A stretch of DNA of 64,000 nt from Antechinus flavipes (GCF_016432865.1 NC_067398.1:397110001-397174000); one strand, 5' to 3'. Numbered from the stretch's first letter, positions 37,697 to 51,479 are shown. The notes: generated from the letters alone by a model not told the origin. Numbers and translations are program-made.

Positions 37697-40329
37697 AAAT
37701 CATGGTTGGAGACTGCATTAATTAGAGCTGTCTTTCAAAGCTGTTTATCTTTACAATATTGTGATTATTATATAATTTGTTTTCCAGGTTCTCTTCATTT
37801 CATTCTACATAAGTTCATACATATGTAAACATAACAGTTGGAACCAGTGGTTAGGTGGTTATAAGGGATATGAAATAGCAGTTTTCGAAAGAGGAAATGC
37901 AAGCAACCATAAAAAGATTTTAAGTTACTAATAAGAGAAATACAAATTAAAACAACATAGTCCATAGCCTAGAGATGACAAAGACAACAAAGTAAAACAA
38001 AATCATTAATTGTTGGGGGATGGGAGTAGTTTCTGTGGGAAGATAGCTACCTTAATGCACTGTTGGTAAAGCTCTAAAATTACACCTTTTGTCATTTCTT
38101 GCAGTAAAATAACATTCAGTTCCATTCATTTAACATTTTTTCAGCTATTCTCCAATTGATGGGAATCCCCCCTCCTTAGTTTCTAGTTCTTTCTTACTAC
38201 AAAAAATAGTTGTTATAAACATACTTTTCTGTTATAATCACTTTTAGAAGATGGGAAGCCTAAAATTATAACCACATTGGGACATTTGAAATGGCACTGT
38301 TTGATTTGGGGATTTTTGGCCCCAGCTTAAAGTTCCCCTTTCATTGTTAATTAAGGTAGCAAGAAAAACACTAAAGAATTTAGTAGTGACTATTCTTGTC
38401 AGTATTTCTGTAGCACCAGTACCTACTTTACATTCTCTTAAATTGTTACCTGAGATCTTGTGTTAGATCAGAGAAGTGGAGAGGTTTGAGGAAGATCTCT
38501 GTTTTAGGATTTTTGGTCAGTGAGTTAGTATCAATCTAGTCAGAATGATATAATAACTAATTAAAACATTAACTATTGAACCCGATTGAAAGCTCAACTA
38601 CCCCTCATTTGACACTGGTGAAAGATAGTGAGAAAACAATTCTTCTCCCTAGGTCTTTGTATGTGGATGGTAACTTCCTGGAACTTATTAGTATAACATT
38701 CTTGAAGCTATGGCTAAATTTGAGAATCATGGTGAGCCTACTTAAAATGCTATAAACACTGTAACTTTATCACTGATCTGCTTGAAGTATTTTAAAAATA
38801 GGTTTTATTCAAAATTTTAGTTTTTTGTTAAGATTTTTCCAAGGATATGAATAAAGCCAAGTATAGATTAGTAAGCATCTAGATAATGAATGAAGTTCAA
38901 GTAACACTTATTATGATGTTGAATTCCCTGTGGATAAGCTCAACATCTCTATGACTGCCCAAACATTCCTTTACCTCATTCTCACTTGCTTTTTTTTCGA
39001 TTGTCTCAAGCTAACTCTACTCACCCTGCCCATCTCCCACTAGGTTCCCCTTTACCCTTCTCTACACATAGGAATCTAAAGTAATGCTAAATTCTATCCT
39101 TGTCACACCCTAAATATTTCCAGTCATGCTGAGGAAGGTTAGAGAAGTTCTCTAAACAATGTTAATTCAAGTTCTACTCCAAGAAATAAACATTTAAGTG
39201 CAACATGATAATTTGGGGGATGAGGTAGGAATCACAAAAATCCAATGAAAAATGAGAGGATTCTGCTACTTCAAAATGATTAAAAATCATCAAGTTTTCA
39301 GATAGAGATTCAATTTTTCAGCTAATCACAATAGAGTTTTAATGGAGTTTAATAGACTTTTTTTTCAAAAAAGATTCAATGTTAAGGGTTGGAATTAGAT
39401 TTTAGTGACACTGTCATTTATCCTTTTGCTAATTGGTATATGAAAAAATTTTTTTTTACCAGTCTGAATCTTAGGAAAATTTCTTTCTTCTTCATTTGGA
39501 AGCTAGAAAATAGAAACCAGAAAAAAAAAAAAAAGATGAGAGTAATATAACTGTGAATACTGATTTCCTACAGAATTGCAAATGCCATATAAGTTATTTA
39601 TGAAAAATGTGTTTTAGTGGAGAATGCGTAGGACTGAGGTTAGGAATCATTCTATTTCTAGCTCTTTTTTACCAAGTCATTACATGACCTTGTACAACTT
39701 AAACATTCTGTGGAGATAATAATACCTATCCCATGTGGAATTTCAGCAGTTGATAACATTATTTCATAACTTTTGAGAAACTTGCATATAAAGCCCTACA
39801 ATGATATATGAATATTTGTTGAGTTGAATTGAATTGAATATCTATTAAAGTGGGAATAAAGAATAAACATGACAAAGACATCAAGTATAAAGAGACTTTC
39901 AGTAATATAAAATCAGCTCAGGGGATCCTCAGTCTTGAAGTAGAGGGACAAACTTGTTTTTTATTATTTTTCTCCTAGATTTTCCAGGGTTAAGATTAAG
40001 CTCTTCATAAATAATGATTATTAAAAAACTTTTTGCAAGATTCTCTTGATATTATGATGTCATACATATACAACCTCCCCCTTCCTCTGCTCCACACATA
40101 TTAAGAAGGATTTTGAAAAAACATTCACTTGACAAGCTGATTAGCTATTATAATATGCAGAGACTTGTAATGGGCATGTGTGGAGGAAGGTGGAGGTAGG
40201 GGAACAGATCTATATTTTAAATGAAATGTTTTTCTCTTAAATTTTATACAATATCTCTCAATAGAAGGGTAAACTACAGACAGTTGAGTATAATACACAG
40301 TATCATATAAGTTTATTAGAATGTTACCA

Positions 40330-40938
40330 AATTAAGCGTCCCGCTTCCTCTTCTTCCTAACTTTACATCTCCAGTTCTCTCAACATCATTTTTCATCCTC
40401 TCCTTTGTTGCAGTTTGGGAAGAAGAGTGACCCTTTTCTTTGGCAATGATGATGCTTTTGACTTGTGCCCTTGATCCCATCTGTTCCTTTCTGTCTCCTC
40501 TGGGAAGTTGTCCCTCTCATCATCCTTTCTTCCTAATTGTCAATCTCTTTTTCCCTGATTTCTCTGCTGCTTATAAAAATACCCAGAGCTTTAACCAAAT
40601 CCTCTTTCTTTGTGATCCCGTTATCCTTTCATAACCTAACTTCTACATAAAGCTGTTTATCCTATACCTCCACTTCCCACCTCCCATTGACTTCTTAAAC
40701 CTTTCTAGTCTCCTACCACCATTTGACTGCCTTTACTTTCATCAGTCACCAAAGATATCTCAATTTCTGAATCAGATTGATTCTTCTTACTTCTCATTAC
40801 TCTCAACATCTCTGCAGGCCTTGACACTCTTAATCACTTTCCTGATATTCTCTTTTCCCTGAGAAATGAAATAGCTGTTCCCTTTTTCTATCTGTCTGAC
40901 CATTCCTCTCAGCCTCTTTTCATTATTCATGTTCTACC

Positions 40939-40975
<37 letters not shown>

Positions 40976-41790
40976 TATGTCCTGGGTTCTCTTCAATCTC
41001 TGTATTCTTTGTGACCTTTTCAGCTTTCACATTTTCAAATGATTATTTTTCTCTGAAGTCTACTTGGGCAAGCCCTCAACTCTATATGCTGGTCATCTGT
41101 TTGGATATTGTATAGATATCTTAAACAATATGTTTTATATAAAATTTATTATCATTTTCCCCAAACCTACCCTTTCTGTTGATTTCTCTGTTTCTATAAA
41201 AGATGCTTCTTTTAGTGACCCAGGTCTAAAACCTAGAAATCATGCTGAACTATAAGCTTTCATTTAATGTTTTTATCCAGTTTCCAAATCTTGTTGATTT
41301 TACCTCTTTAACATCTCTTTCACCCATCCCTTTCTATCCACTTACATCACAGCCACACTAATTTGGCTAGCCTTTCATTACTTCTAATTTAACTTCTACA
41401 ATAGTTTCCTAATGGCTTTTTTCTGACTCCAGACTCTCCTCTTGTCATCTTCAAAGGAAAATGGACTTACAGATAGAAGAGATCTGAGAGCCAAGAAAAG
41501 TGAGGCTCTCAAAGGAACATTGTGGCTTATAAGCATCAGAAGCAGGATATTCCTAAAACAAAGTTCTAATCACATCACTTCCCCACTCAAGAAACTTTAG
41601 TAGCTTTCTCTTGCCTCTAAAGTAAACTACAAATTTCTTTATTTGACTCCAACTCGTCTCTCTATGCTGACTACACATTTACTTTTTATGTATTTTACAT
41701 CCCAGCCAAACTAGATTCTTTTTTTTTCCGCCTTACATGACATTTTGTTTGCTGCCTTTCAATCTCTTCCCCTACCCCTTTTTAGAAGGC
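40330..41790 (+). mobile_element. Long L2 fragment with (TA)n tract at 40941-40970
   Basis: gacttgtgcccttgatcccatc, ctgaccattcctctcag, aatcttgttgattttacct, ctcaagaaactttagtagct landmarks. Confidence 0.8.
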
Positions 41791-41899
41791 TTTTTCATGT
41801 GTCTATTCAGGTGTTAATAAGGACCCATGTTCAGTAGTAGCATAGATGATAAATAAGAGAGGACAGCTTAAGACTCATTGCATAGGTGGAATTGTCAGA

Positions 41900-42580
41900 T
41901 CTCAAGCACTAAGTGCTGACTATATGCCATATATTGTTCTAAAGTACTAGGTATATTATAGAAAAAGAGAAAACTGCATTTGCCCTCAAGGAATTTCTTT
42001 GCGTTTTAATGCAAGAGAAAATAATATAAATAAATAGGTATAGACATGGTAAATACAAAGTAACAGAGGGAAAGGCACTAGCAGTAGAGAGGCAGGTCTC
42101 TTGGCAGAAAATGGCCTGTCAGCTAAGACAAAGGAAGCCAAGAATTCAGTGGTGGATTCAGAACATTCCAAGTCTAGGGGATAGCCGTGAAAAGGACACA
42201 AAGATGAGAAATAGAGTGTGAGGAAGAGAACATATACTAATATAGCCAGGTGGTGGAGTTCATGGAGGACAGTATGATATGAGAATGAAAAGTTAGAAAG
42301 GGACCAGCTGGTGAAGAGCTTTAAAGCCTTATAGAATACTTTCTGACCTTAGAGATAATAGAGAACCACTGAAATTTATAGAGTAATGGGTTGACTTGGG
42401 TAGTAAACCTATTTCAAGAAAATCATTGGCAGCTAAATTGAAGATTGATTGAAGCAGAGAGAGATGAATCAGGAAATAAAATTAGAAAGTTATTTATGAT
42501 GAGGGATTGAACCCAGATGGTGACTATGCGAGTTGAAAGGAGAGGTTTATGAGAGATGTTGTAAAGAAGCAATTGACTTA
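41900..42580 (-). mobile_element. L2 3' fragment
   Basis: ctgcatttgccctcaaggaatt...gaccagctggtgaagagcttta...gagatgttgtaaag. Confidence 0.75.
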
Positions 42581-42589
42581 CGAAAAAAA

Positions 42590-43855
42590 AATGTTCTAAA
42601 TCACTATTAGAGAAATACAAATTAAGACAATTCTGAGGTACTACCTCACACCTCTTCGATTGGCTAAGATGATAATAAAAGAAGGATAAATATTAAAAGG
42701 GATGTGGGAAAACTGGGACATTAATACATTGTTGGTGGAGTTGTGAAGTAAGCCAACTATTCTGGAGAGCAATTTGTTTTTTTGTTTTTGTTTTTGTTTT
42801 TTTAAATTTTATTTTATTTAATAATAATTTTATATTGACAGAATCCATGCCAGGGTAATTTTTTTACAACATTATCCCTTGCACTCGCTTCTGTTTCGAT
42901 TTTTCCCCTCCCTCCCTCTATCCCCTTCCCTAGATGGCAAGCAGTCCTATATATGTTAGATATGTTGCAGTATATCCTAGATACAATATGTGTTTGCAGA
43001 ACTGAACAGTTCTCTTGTTGCACAAGGAGAATTGGATTCAGAAGGTAAAAATAACTCGGGAAGAAAATCAAAAATGCAAATAGTTCATATTCGTTTCCCA
43101 GTGTTCTTTCTTTGGGTGTAGCTGCTTCTGTCCATCATTTATCCATTGAGACTCAGTTAGGTCTCTTTGTCAAAGAAATCCACTTCCATCAGAATACATC
43201 CTCATACAATATCGTTGTCGAAGTGTATAATGATCTCCTGGTTCTGCTCATTTCACTTAGCATCAGTTCATGTAGGTCTCTCCAAGCCTCTCTGTATTCA
43301 TCCTGCTGGTCATTCCTTACAGAGCAATAATATTCCATAACATTCATATACTACAATTTACCCAGCCATTCTCCAATTGATGGGCATCCATTCATTTTCC
43401 AGTTTCTAGCCACTACAAACAAGGCTGCCACAAACATTTTGGCACATACAGGTCCCTTTCCTTTCTTTAGTATCTCTTTGGGGTATAAGCCCAGTAGTAG
43501 CACTGCTGGATCAAAGGGTATGCACATTTTGATAACTTTTTGGGCATAATTCCAGATTGCTCTGGAGAGCAATTTGTAATTAAATTCAAAGGGTCTTTGA
43601 TCCAGCAATATATCTACTAGATCTGTATTCCCAAAGAGACCATAAAAAAGGGAAAAGGACCCATAGATACAAAAATGTTTATAGCAATTCTTTTTGTACT
43701 GGGAATATTGAGTGGATGCCCATCAGCTGAGGAATGGCTGAATAAGTTATGGTATATCAATATAATGGAATATTGTTATTCTTTGAGAAATGATGGGGAG
43801 GCTGATTTCAGAAAAGCCTGGCAAGACCTACATGGATTGATGTTGAGTGATTGGT
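42590..43855 (+). mobile_element. Older L1 ORF2 3' remnant (host of the younger L1)
   Basis: aaatgttctaaatcactattagagaaatacaaattaagacaa... continues after the insertion as tctggagagcaattt...gatttcagaaaagcctggcaagac. Confidence 0.85.
42778..43560 (-). mobile_element. Younger 5'-truncated L1 inserted antisense, 17-bp TSD
   Basis: Poly-T at 42778-42803; open ORF2 end (RAIWNYAQKVIKMCIPFDPAVLLLGLYPKEILKKGKGPVCAKMFVAALFVVARNWKMNGCPSIGEWLGKL); TSD tctggagagcaatttgt at 42761 and 43561. Confidence 0.92.
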
Positions 43856-43859
43856 AAAT

Positions 43860-44930
43860 TCCTCAACTTGAAAAGTCTACAAACCAAGACTTAAAATGGA
43901 GGGTGTATAATGCACGATTGTTTTGTCTCTAATGATTGTGTGCTCATTGCAGCCTCCAAAAACTGAGATGCAACAAAGTATGGATCAGTGCTCTGCTGCT
44001 TGTGCTAATTTTGATCTAACAATTAACACCAAGAAAATATAGGTCTCCATCAGCCAGCATCATACCATCCATATGTGGAATCATCCCTTACAGCAAATGG
44101 AGTTTTGAATGCTATGGGTAGGTTTCCTGACCTTGGTAATATACTTTCTAAGAATGGATACATTGATGAGCTTGATACATGAATTGCCAGAGCTGTTTGG
44201 GAGGCTCCAAAGCAAAGTGTGGGAGAGAAGAGGTATTAGATTGACTCTCAAACCAAAGATCTACAGAACTATTGGGCTGATCTTATTGTTTATGCCTGTA
44301 AAACCTGGACAATATACCAGCACTATATAATTGCTTCCATTTAAATTGTCTTAGGAAGATTCTGAAAATCACCTAGCAGGACAAAAAACCAGACACTGAG
44401 GTCCTTTCTCCAACTAAACTGTCAAGTATTCAAATTTCACTACAGAAAGCAGAACTCCAATGGGTTGGCCATACTGTTTGAATGCCAAATGTACATTTGC
44501 CTCAAAGACTATTTTCTGGAGAATTCATACAGGGCAAGCCCTCACATGGTGTTTAGAAAATGAACATGAATTATTTAGTAAAATGTTGTTCAGAAATGGT
44601 ATTCAGAAAAAGTGAGAGAAGGACACTCTCAAAGTCTCTGTTAAGAACTTTGGAATTGATTGTGGTCCATGGGAGACATTGTCACAAGACTGCTCAGCCG
44701 GCATGTCCTCAATCAGAGAAGGTGCTGTGCTCTGTGATCAAGGAAGAATGAAAATCAAGATATGTAGATTGACTATCCACTCCAAATATTTACATGGACT
44801 ATTTGTACCTGACTTGTGACAAAGCATTCTGAAATCTCATTGGTCTGATCAGCTACAGTCAAGATGCATTGTAACTTGACTCCAACATAGTGATGTCATT
44901 CTGATTCTTTTTGAAAACTAAGGACAATTA
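43860..44930 (+). mobile_element. RTE LINE 3' portion
   Basis: ADDC-like RT remnant (gattgtgtgctcattgcagcctcc), RTE C-terminal region, 3' tail gtgatgtcattctgattctttttgaaaactaaggacaa. Confidence 0.85.
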
Positions 44931-45059
44931 TTATATCATGTGACAACATAGGTTTGGTTTTTTTTTTTTTTCACCTACCTCCAATAGATCAAGGAAGGAG
45001 AGTCTGTGTTTTTTTCCTGTAGTAGGTTATCATATTTATCTAGTCTGTCCATGTAGAAA

Positions 45060-47400
45060 TTCTTTTTTTAAATAATATTTTATTTTTCCAATTATATTAA
45101 AGATATTTTTCAACATTCATTTTTGTGAGATTTTGAGTTCCAAATTTTTTCCCTTCTTCTTCTTTTCCCCTCTCCCCAAGACAGCAAACAATCTAAGTTA
45201 GACACGTGCAATACTTTAAAACATATTTTCATATTTGTCGTGTCATTAAAGAAAAATCTGAACAAAAGAAAAAAATCATGAGAAAGAAAAAGCAAACTAA
45301 CAAACAAAAAGGTAAAAAATTGCATGCTTCAATCTACATTCAGTCTTCATAGTTCTCCCTTTGGATATGGATGACATTTTCTGTGTCAAGTCTATTGGAA
45401 ATGTCTTGGATTACCACATTGCTGAGAACAGTTAAGTCTATAATAGTTGATCATAACATAATTTTGCAGTTACTATGTATAGTATTCTCCTGATTCTGCT
45501 CACTTCACTCAGTATCAATTCATGTAAGTCTTTTCAGGCTTTTTTGAGATCAGCCTACTAATTATTTCTTATAGAACAATAATATTCATTAAATTCATAT
45601 GCCATAACTTATTCAGCCATTTTTCAATTGTTGAGCATCCACTTACTTTTTAATCCCTTGCCACCACAAAAAGAGCTGCTACAAACATTTTTGCACATGT
45701 GAATCCTTTTCCCTCTTTTATGATCCCTTTGAGATACAGACCCAAATAGTAATACTGCTGGATCAAAGGGTAGGTATGTACAGTTTTATAGCACTTTGGG
45801 CATAATTTCAAATTGTTCTTCAGAAAGGTTAAATCAGTTCATAATTTCAATAATTCATTAATGTCCCACTTTCCCCATATCCCCGCAAACATTTATCATT
45901 ATCTTTTACTGTAATTTTAGACAATCTGATAGGTGTGAGGTAGTACTTCAGAGTTGTTTTAATTTGCATTTCTTTAATCAATAGTGATTTAGAGTATTTT
46001 TTCATAATTTAGAGTATGTTCATAATATCTTCATGTGAAAATTGTATTCTTTGACCATTTATCAATTGGAGAATGACTTGTATTCTTGTAAATTTGACTC
46101 AGTTCTCTATATTTTAGAAATAAGGCCTTTATCTGAAACGTAGGCTTGTGTGTATGAGTTCCCCATAAAATTCTCTTAGGCAAATGTACATTTGGCATTC
46201 AAACAATGTAGCCAGCCCATTGGAATTGTGCTTTCTGCAGTGTCAGGTATCTTATCCTGCTAGATGATCTTCAGAATCTTCCCCAGCTTTCTGTTTCCCT
46301 TCTAATCTTGGCTTCATTGGTTTTGTTTGTGCAAAACCTTTTTAATTTAATGTAACCAAGTTATGCATTTTACATTTTATAATGTTCTCTAATTTTTATT
46401 TGGTCCTAAATCCTTATCTTCTCCAAAGATCTGACAAATATAGTATCACCTTATATGTCTAAGTCATGAAACCATTTTGACCTTAATCTTGGTATAGGAT
46501 GTAAGATATTGGTCTATGCCAAGTTTCTGCCATACTGTTTTCCAGTTTTCTCAGCAATTTTTGTCAAATAGTAAGTTCTTATCCCAGAAACTGGAGTCTT
46601 TGGGTTTATCAAACGATAGATGACTATAGTTATTGAATACTGTGATTTGTGTATCTAATCTATTTTACTGATCTAATCACTCTGTTTCTTAGCCAGTATG
46701 AAGTATTTTTAGTGACTACAGTTTTATAATATAATTTTAAGTCTGGTACTGCTAGGCCATCTTCCTTTGCAATTTAAAAAGCATAATTCCCTTTACATTC
46801 TTGATTTTTTGTTCTTCCAGCTGAATTTTGTTATTATTTGTTCTGTCTATAAAATAATTTTTTGGCAGATTGATTAGTATGGCACTGAATAAGTAGATTA
46901 ATTCAGATAGAAATGTCATTTTTATTATATTATCTTGGCCTATCTATGAGCAATTGATATTTTCCAGGTGTTTAGATCTGATTTTCTTTGTATGAAAATT
47001 ATTTTGTAATTGTGTCATATAGTTCCTGGGTTTGTCTTGGCAATATTTTATTTTGTTTACGTTTATTTAAATGGAATTTCTGTTTCTATCTTTTGCTGTT
47101 GGGATTTGTTGGTAATATATAGAAAAAAGCTGATGATTTATGTGGATTTATTTTATATCCTGCAACTTTGCTAAAGTTATTAATTATTTCACATAGTTTT
47201 TTGGTTGTTTCTCTAAATACACTGTCATATGATCTGCAAAGTGATAGTTTTGTTTCCTTATTTCCCACTCTAATTTCTTCAATTTCTTTTTCTTTTATTG
47301 CTAAAGCTAATATTTCTAGTGCAATTGTGTATAAAGTGGTGATAACGAGTATTCTTGTTCCACCCTTGGTCTTATTGAGAATGCTTCTAGTTCAGACGTT
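45060..47400 (-). mobile_element. L1 (~2.3 kb, 3' UTR plus decayed ORF2)
   Basis: Supplied ORF 47086-47268 (TKLSLC...KKLCEIINNFSKVAGYKINPHKSSAF) is L1 RT-like; 3' UTR at the left end. Confidence 0.9.
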
Positions 47401-47479
47401 CTTTATCATATCTAATTTAGATATGTTACATAGAAGCTTAGACTTTTGGTCTTTTGGTGCCGGGAGAATAAAATGTTCA

Positions 47480-47600
47480 AGCCCATAAGAGCACTTAATA
47501 TCCTTGAGGATCATTTTAGAACCACCTCTAAGCCTTTTCTAGGTTAAGTTGCCTTGTTACTTCTCACTTTTCCTCACAGGTCCAATTTTTCAAACTTGTC
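47480..47600 (-). mobile_element. L3/CR1 fragment
   Basis: cacctctaagccttttctaggttaag...ttcctcacagg resembles the L3 3' region. Confidence 0.45.
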
Positions 47601-47749
47601 ACCCAGTGCAAGCAATGCAGCTAACCAATCTGTAGCTGGTTCAACAGTCAGAAAATCCCCTGGTACCTTTTTAACACTTTCCTACAGGGAAGCCTGGTTA
47701 TGAGCTGGGCACAAACCCTTTTCAGCTGCTCACAGATATCACTGAGGGT

Positions 47750-49100
47750 AGCAATTATGTTAACAAGCATTTATTAACTACCTACTATGTGCCAAAGACT
47801 GCTACATACTTGGGGTACAAGTGAAGATAATCTCAGCGGGAAGGAACTAAAAAAGAATGGAGAAAGACTTCTTGCAGAAGATAGGACTTTATTTGACTTA
47901 AAAGGAAAGTCAGGGAAACCAGGATGGGAAGATGAGGAGGAAGAGAATTCTAGGAATGGAGTAAAGTCATGAAAATATGCAGAGTTCAGAGATGGAATGT
48001 CTTTTCTAAGGAAAAAAATCACAGAACCCCAGAATATTTGGAGGGAAATAAGGTTTAAGAAGATTGGTTAGCTAAGAAGACATCTGATTATGAAAAGCTT
48101 TAAAAATCAAACAGGATTTTATGTTTCATCCTGAAGGTAATAGGAGCTTATTAAATGGGCAGTGAGAGGGTAGGGAGTGACGTGATCAGATCTGCACTTT
48201 AGGAATACCAAGTTGACAATTAAGTGGAGGCTGGACTAGAGTGGTTAAAGTCTAATCAGAGAGACAACCAAGGTGGTAGCAGTGTCAGAAAGAATGAGGT
48301 ATATTGAAAAGGTATTGTGAGGTTGTAAAATTGCCTCTTTTTAGCAACATATTGTTTGGGGATGGAGGAGGTGAGAAAGAATAATGAATTGAAGTTGACA
48401 AGGTATCAGGATGGTGATACAATAATTGGAAAGTTACAAAGAGGCGAAAGTTTGGAGAAAAGAGAATGAGTTCAGTTTTGAACATATAAAGTTTAAAATG
48501 TCTACAAGACATTGAGTTTGAGATGTCCAATAGGGAGTTAGAGATGTGGAAGTATAGGTCACGGGAGAGATTAGGGTTATACAAATAGATCTAGGAATCA
48601 TCTGCATAGAGATAATAATTGAATCCATAGAAACTGATGAGATGACTAAGTAAAATAGTATAGAAGAAGGAAGAAAAAAAGGACCATCCATAGAATTTTG
48701 AGGAACTAGATAGTGGAAATAACCTGAGATTTAGTATTGGAAAGGCAAGATCTTTGATTAAAATAAGGGGTCAGGGATTTATAAGGGACAGTGTAAAGTT
48801 AACTAGTTCACTAAGGGATCAAGATGGGGAAGGGAAAAAAGTATATAGCCAGTGAAAGGGTATTAGTTTAGGGAAGAACTGAGGGATTGAGGAATGACAA
48901 CATTATGATGAGATAAAGGTATTCCAGAATTCTAATTGTAGATGTGAAATACTTGGAGATGATGACAAAATTAATAATGTGACCATCTTTGTGTGTAGCC
49001 TTAGGTGGGTTGAAAAATAATTTATGGGAAATGGGTAAATTTACGGTTTTTGAAAGAGTATCAATTTGCTGCAAATCTCCTAGAATAAAGGCAAGAGTTG
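47750..49100 (-). mobile_element. L2 fragments including endonuclease-domain remnant
   Basis: ORF 48868-49143 contains ILGDLQQID...ATHKDGHIINFVI, like L2 EN (ILGDFN...ATHKDGHTLDL); ORF 48434-48691 is L2 RT-like. Confidence 0.8.
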
Positions 49101-49166
49101 CATAGGAGAAAAATGTGCCATGCATATTGAAGCGATGTGCCATACATATTGAAGAAGGAAGAAGAG

Positions 49167-49547
49167 TGTCCTGGAAATTAGTATATTAACAGCCACTAGG
49201 AACTTGATTGAGTAATCAATACTGATCAAATGAACCTCAAAGGAGGCGATGTCTATGGTAGAAGGAGATCACTGAAGATCTTACTGGAGCCAATACCATT
49301 TGCTGATTAACTGTCACTAATAGACAGGTAAACTCAAGAGCCCTGGGAATGCAGAACCCTCTTCCCTGAACTAATCTACTCCAGCCCTGCTAGCCATTTG
49401 GAATGAAAGGAATCCTTTTGGAGATGTGGCTTAGCAACTGCTTCTTTGGGTGCTGCCCTCCCCTACCTGTAAAAGAAAGTTCTTGTAGTCTAAGTCCTTG
49501 GCTCTGTCAGTCTTACAGTTCAAGAATTTTTTCCAGTGGAAATGACA
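49167..49547 (+). mobile_element. Possible solo LTR
   Basis: tgtcc...tgaca ends, ~380 bp, composition unlike the flanks; no TSD. Confidence 0.3.
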
Positions 49548-49689
49548 TCAAAAATGTATTATCATTTATTCTACCACTGGGCCCCAAAGACCTAAGGCTT
49601 TCTATTTGTCTTGCAGTGAAAATCCTCTGTATATGTTGTCTTTCTTATTAGAATGCTTTCCTTTAAAATGGATATTACTAGCATTTAAT

Positions 49690-49920
49690 AGTTAGGTAGC
49701 TGGCCTAGAGTAAGGCAGTCAGACACTTATTAGCTGTGTGACTTTAGGCATCAATGAACTTCTGTTAGCTTCAGTTTCTCAATTGTATGAAATGAAGATA
49801 ACAATAGCATCTTTGGCCCAGGTTAGTTGTGAGGATCAAATAAGATAAAATTTATAAATTGCTTAGCATAGCACCTGACAGTTAATAGGTGCTATATAAA
49901 TGTTAGCTATTATTATTATT
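49690..49920 (+). mobile_element. MIR SINE
   Basis: cagacacttattagctgtgtgactt...ggtgctatataaatgttagctatt. Confidence 0.75.
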
Positions 49921-51479
49921 AGCATAGAACTTTGCCTATATGTTTAATGTATTTTTTATTTATATATCAATAAGTTAATATAAATGTCATGGTGAATTAG
50001 ATACCATTTTAATTAGGGTCCCTTGGTAGCAATCTTAATGAGAGTGCCCTGAATTAAAGAAATTTGGAAATGAAGAGATTTCATCAGGTTCTACCACTTA
50101 TTGAAATTCTTTTGTTTAATGGCAAATGTCCCTCCAAATCAGTAATTATGTGGTAACTCTGTGTCCATTCTAATCAGGTTAAAAGGAAACCCACACACAA
50201 CTTGTATTTATAAAAAATATTATTTATAATAGGTCGGAGACAGGATTTGTCTATCCATTTAGTATATGGTTGGTAAATAAATAATTTTTCATTGACTTAT
50301 TGAGCATTAACACCTGTTATTTCTTATCTGTAGCTTGCCATTCAGGATGGTGAAGTTTTTAAGTTCAAAGATTACATTATCTAATATTGATCAACTTTTA
50401 CAAAAGCTTCCAAGATTTGAAGATTTGCATGAGACAATGGAGAGTTTAGAACTAGGTGCTGGCTTAGAATATAATGACAAGTTCTGATTTTATTTGGAGA
50501 TTGACTTTATCATGATTGTAATCACAGAACTTTTAAAAATAGAAAGACTTATGGGATTAACTAGCCCAATCCTTTTGTTATTTGAATGAAAAAAATTGAG
50601 GCCCAAAGTGTTGAGCTAATTTGATCAAGGATTTACAGATGATTAGAGGCAAGATTAGAACTAGAACTCAGTTTATTTCAATTACAAGTTCTGTGCCCCA
50701 TTTAATAATATATCATGCTACATTTTGTCCTTTAATTTAATTTATTTATAATTTATATAATTTAATTTTTGTTCTATAATTTACATATATCATATATATA
50801 TACATATATAATAATATTTATTCTGATATTATCATTTCCTTATGTAAACTAATATATGTAAACAATTCTTTATTGTATCATCAGAAGAGAGGGAAACTGA
50901 CAAAAGGTATTTAAACTTCAAAATTGTACTTTGCATAAAATTTGGAATGAAATTTCAGAAGTAATTATAGATGCATATGTATATATTCTATATATTTTAT
51001 TTTAAGGATTTGGGAATAGTTTAATTCTGTATTCTCCCTTCAGACTGAGAGCAGTTTGACCAAATGCAGGTATGTGACTGGTATATAGCATGTGATTTGT
51101 ACATCGTAGATACTTAAATATTTACTGACTTATTGACCATTCTTTTATTTCCTTTAACTCTCAGTTCAGATTGGTTCAGTTATAGATCCAAAGATTATAT
51201 TTCTTCATCCCAATCTTACAAACATGTTTTAGGATTTGGATATTTTGCCATGTGACTGCTTTCTCTTGTAACATCAGCATGAACAATAAACAATAAAGTT
51301 AAAATGATTAGAACTTAACCACAGGTTTTTTCCTATTCTGAATTTGAATTGCCCCTCCCCCATTTTTCTCATATACAAAAGAGAACAGAAAAAGGGGACA
51401 TGAAACTACAAATCTCTACTGTATATTGCTTGCTTTAAAAATATGTATATTATAATAACTTCTAATCATGAATGCTGCT

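Noticed and set aside
37200-37760. Possible viral or ERV coding remnant (ORF 37530-37718)
   Set aside because: Better explained as solo LTR B within an L1 3' UTR; all frames interrupted, no recognisable domain.
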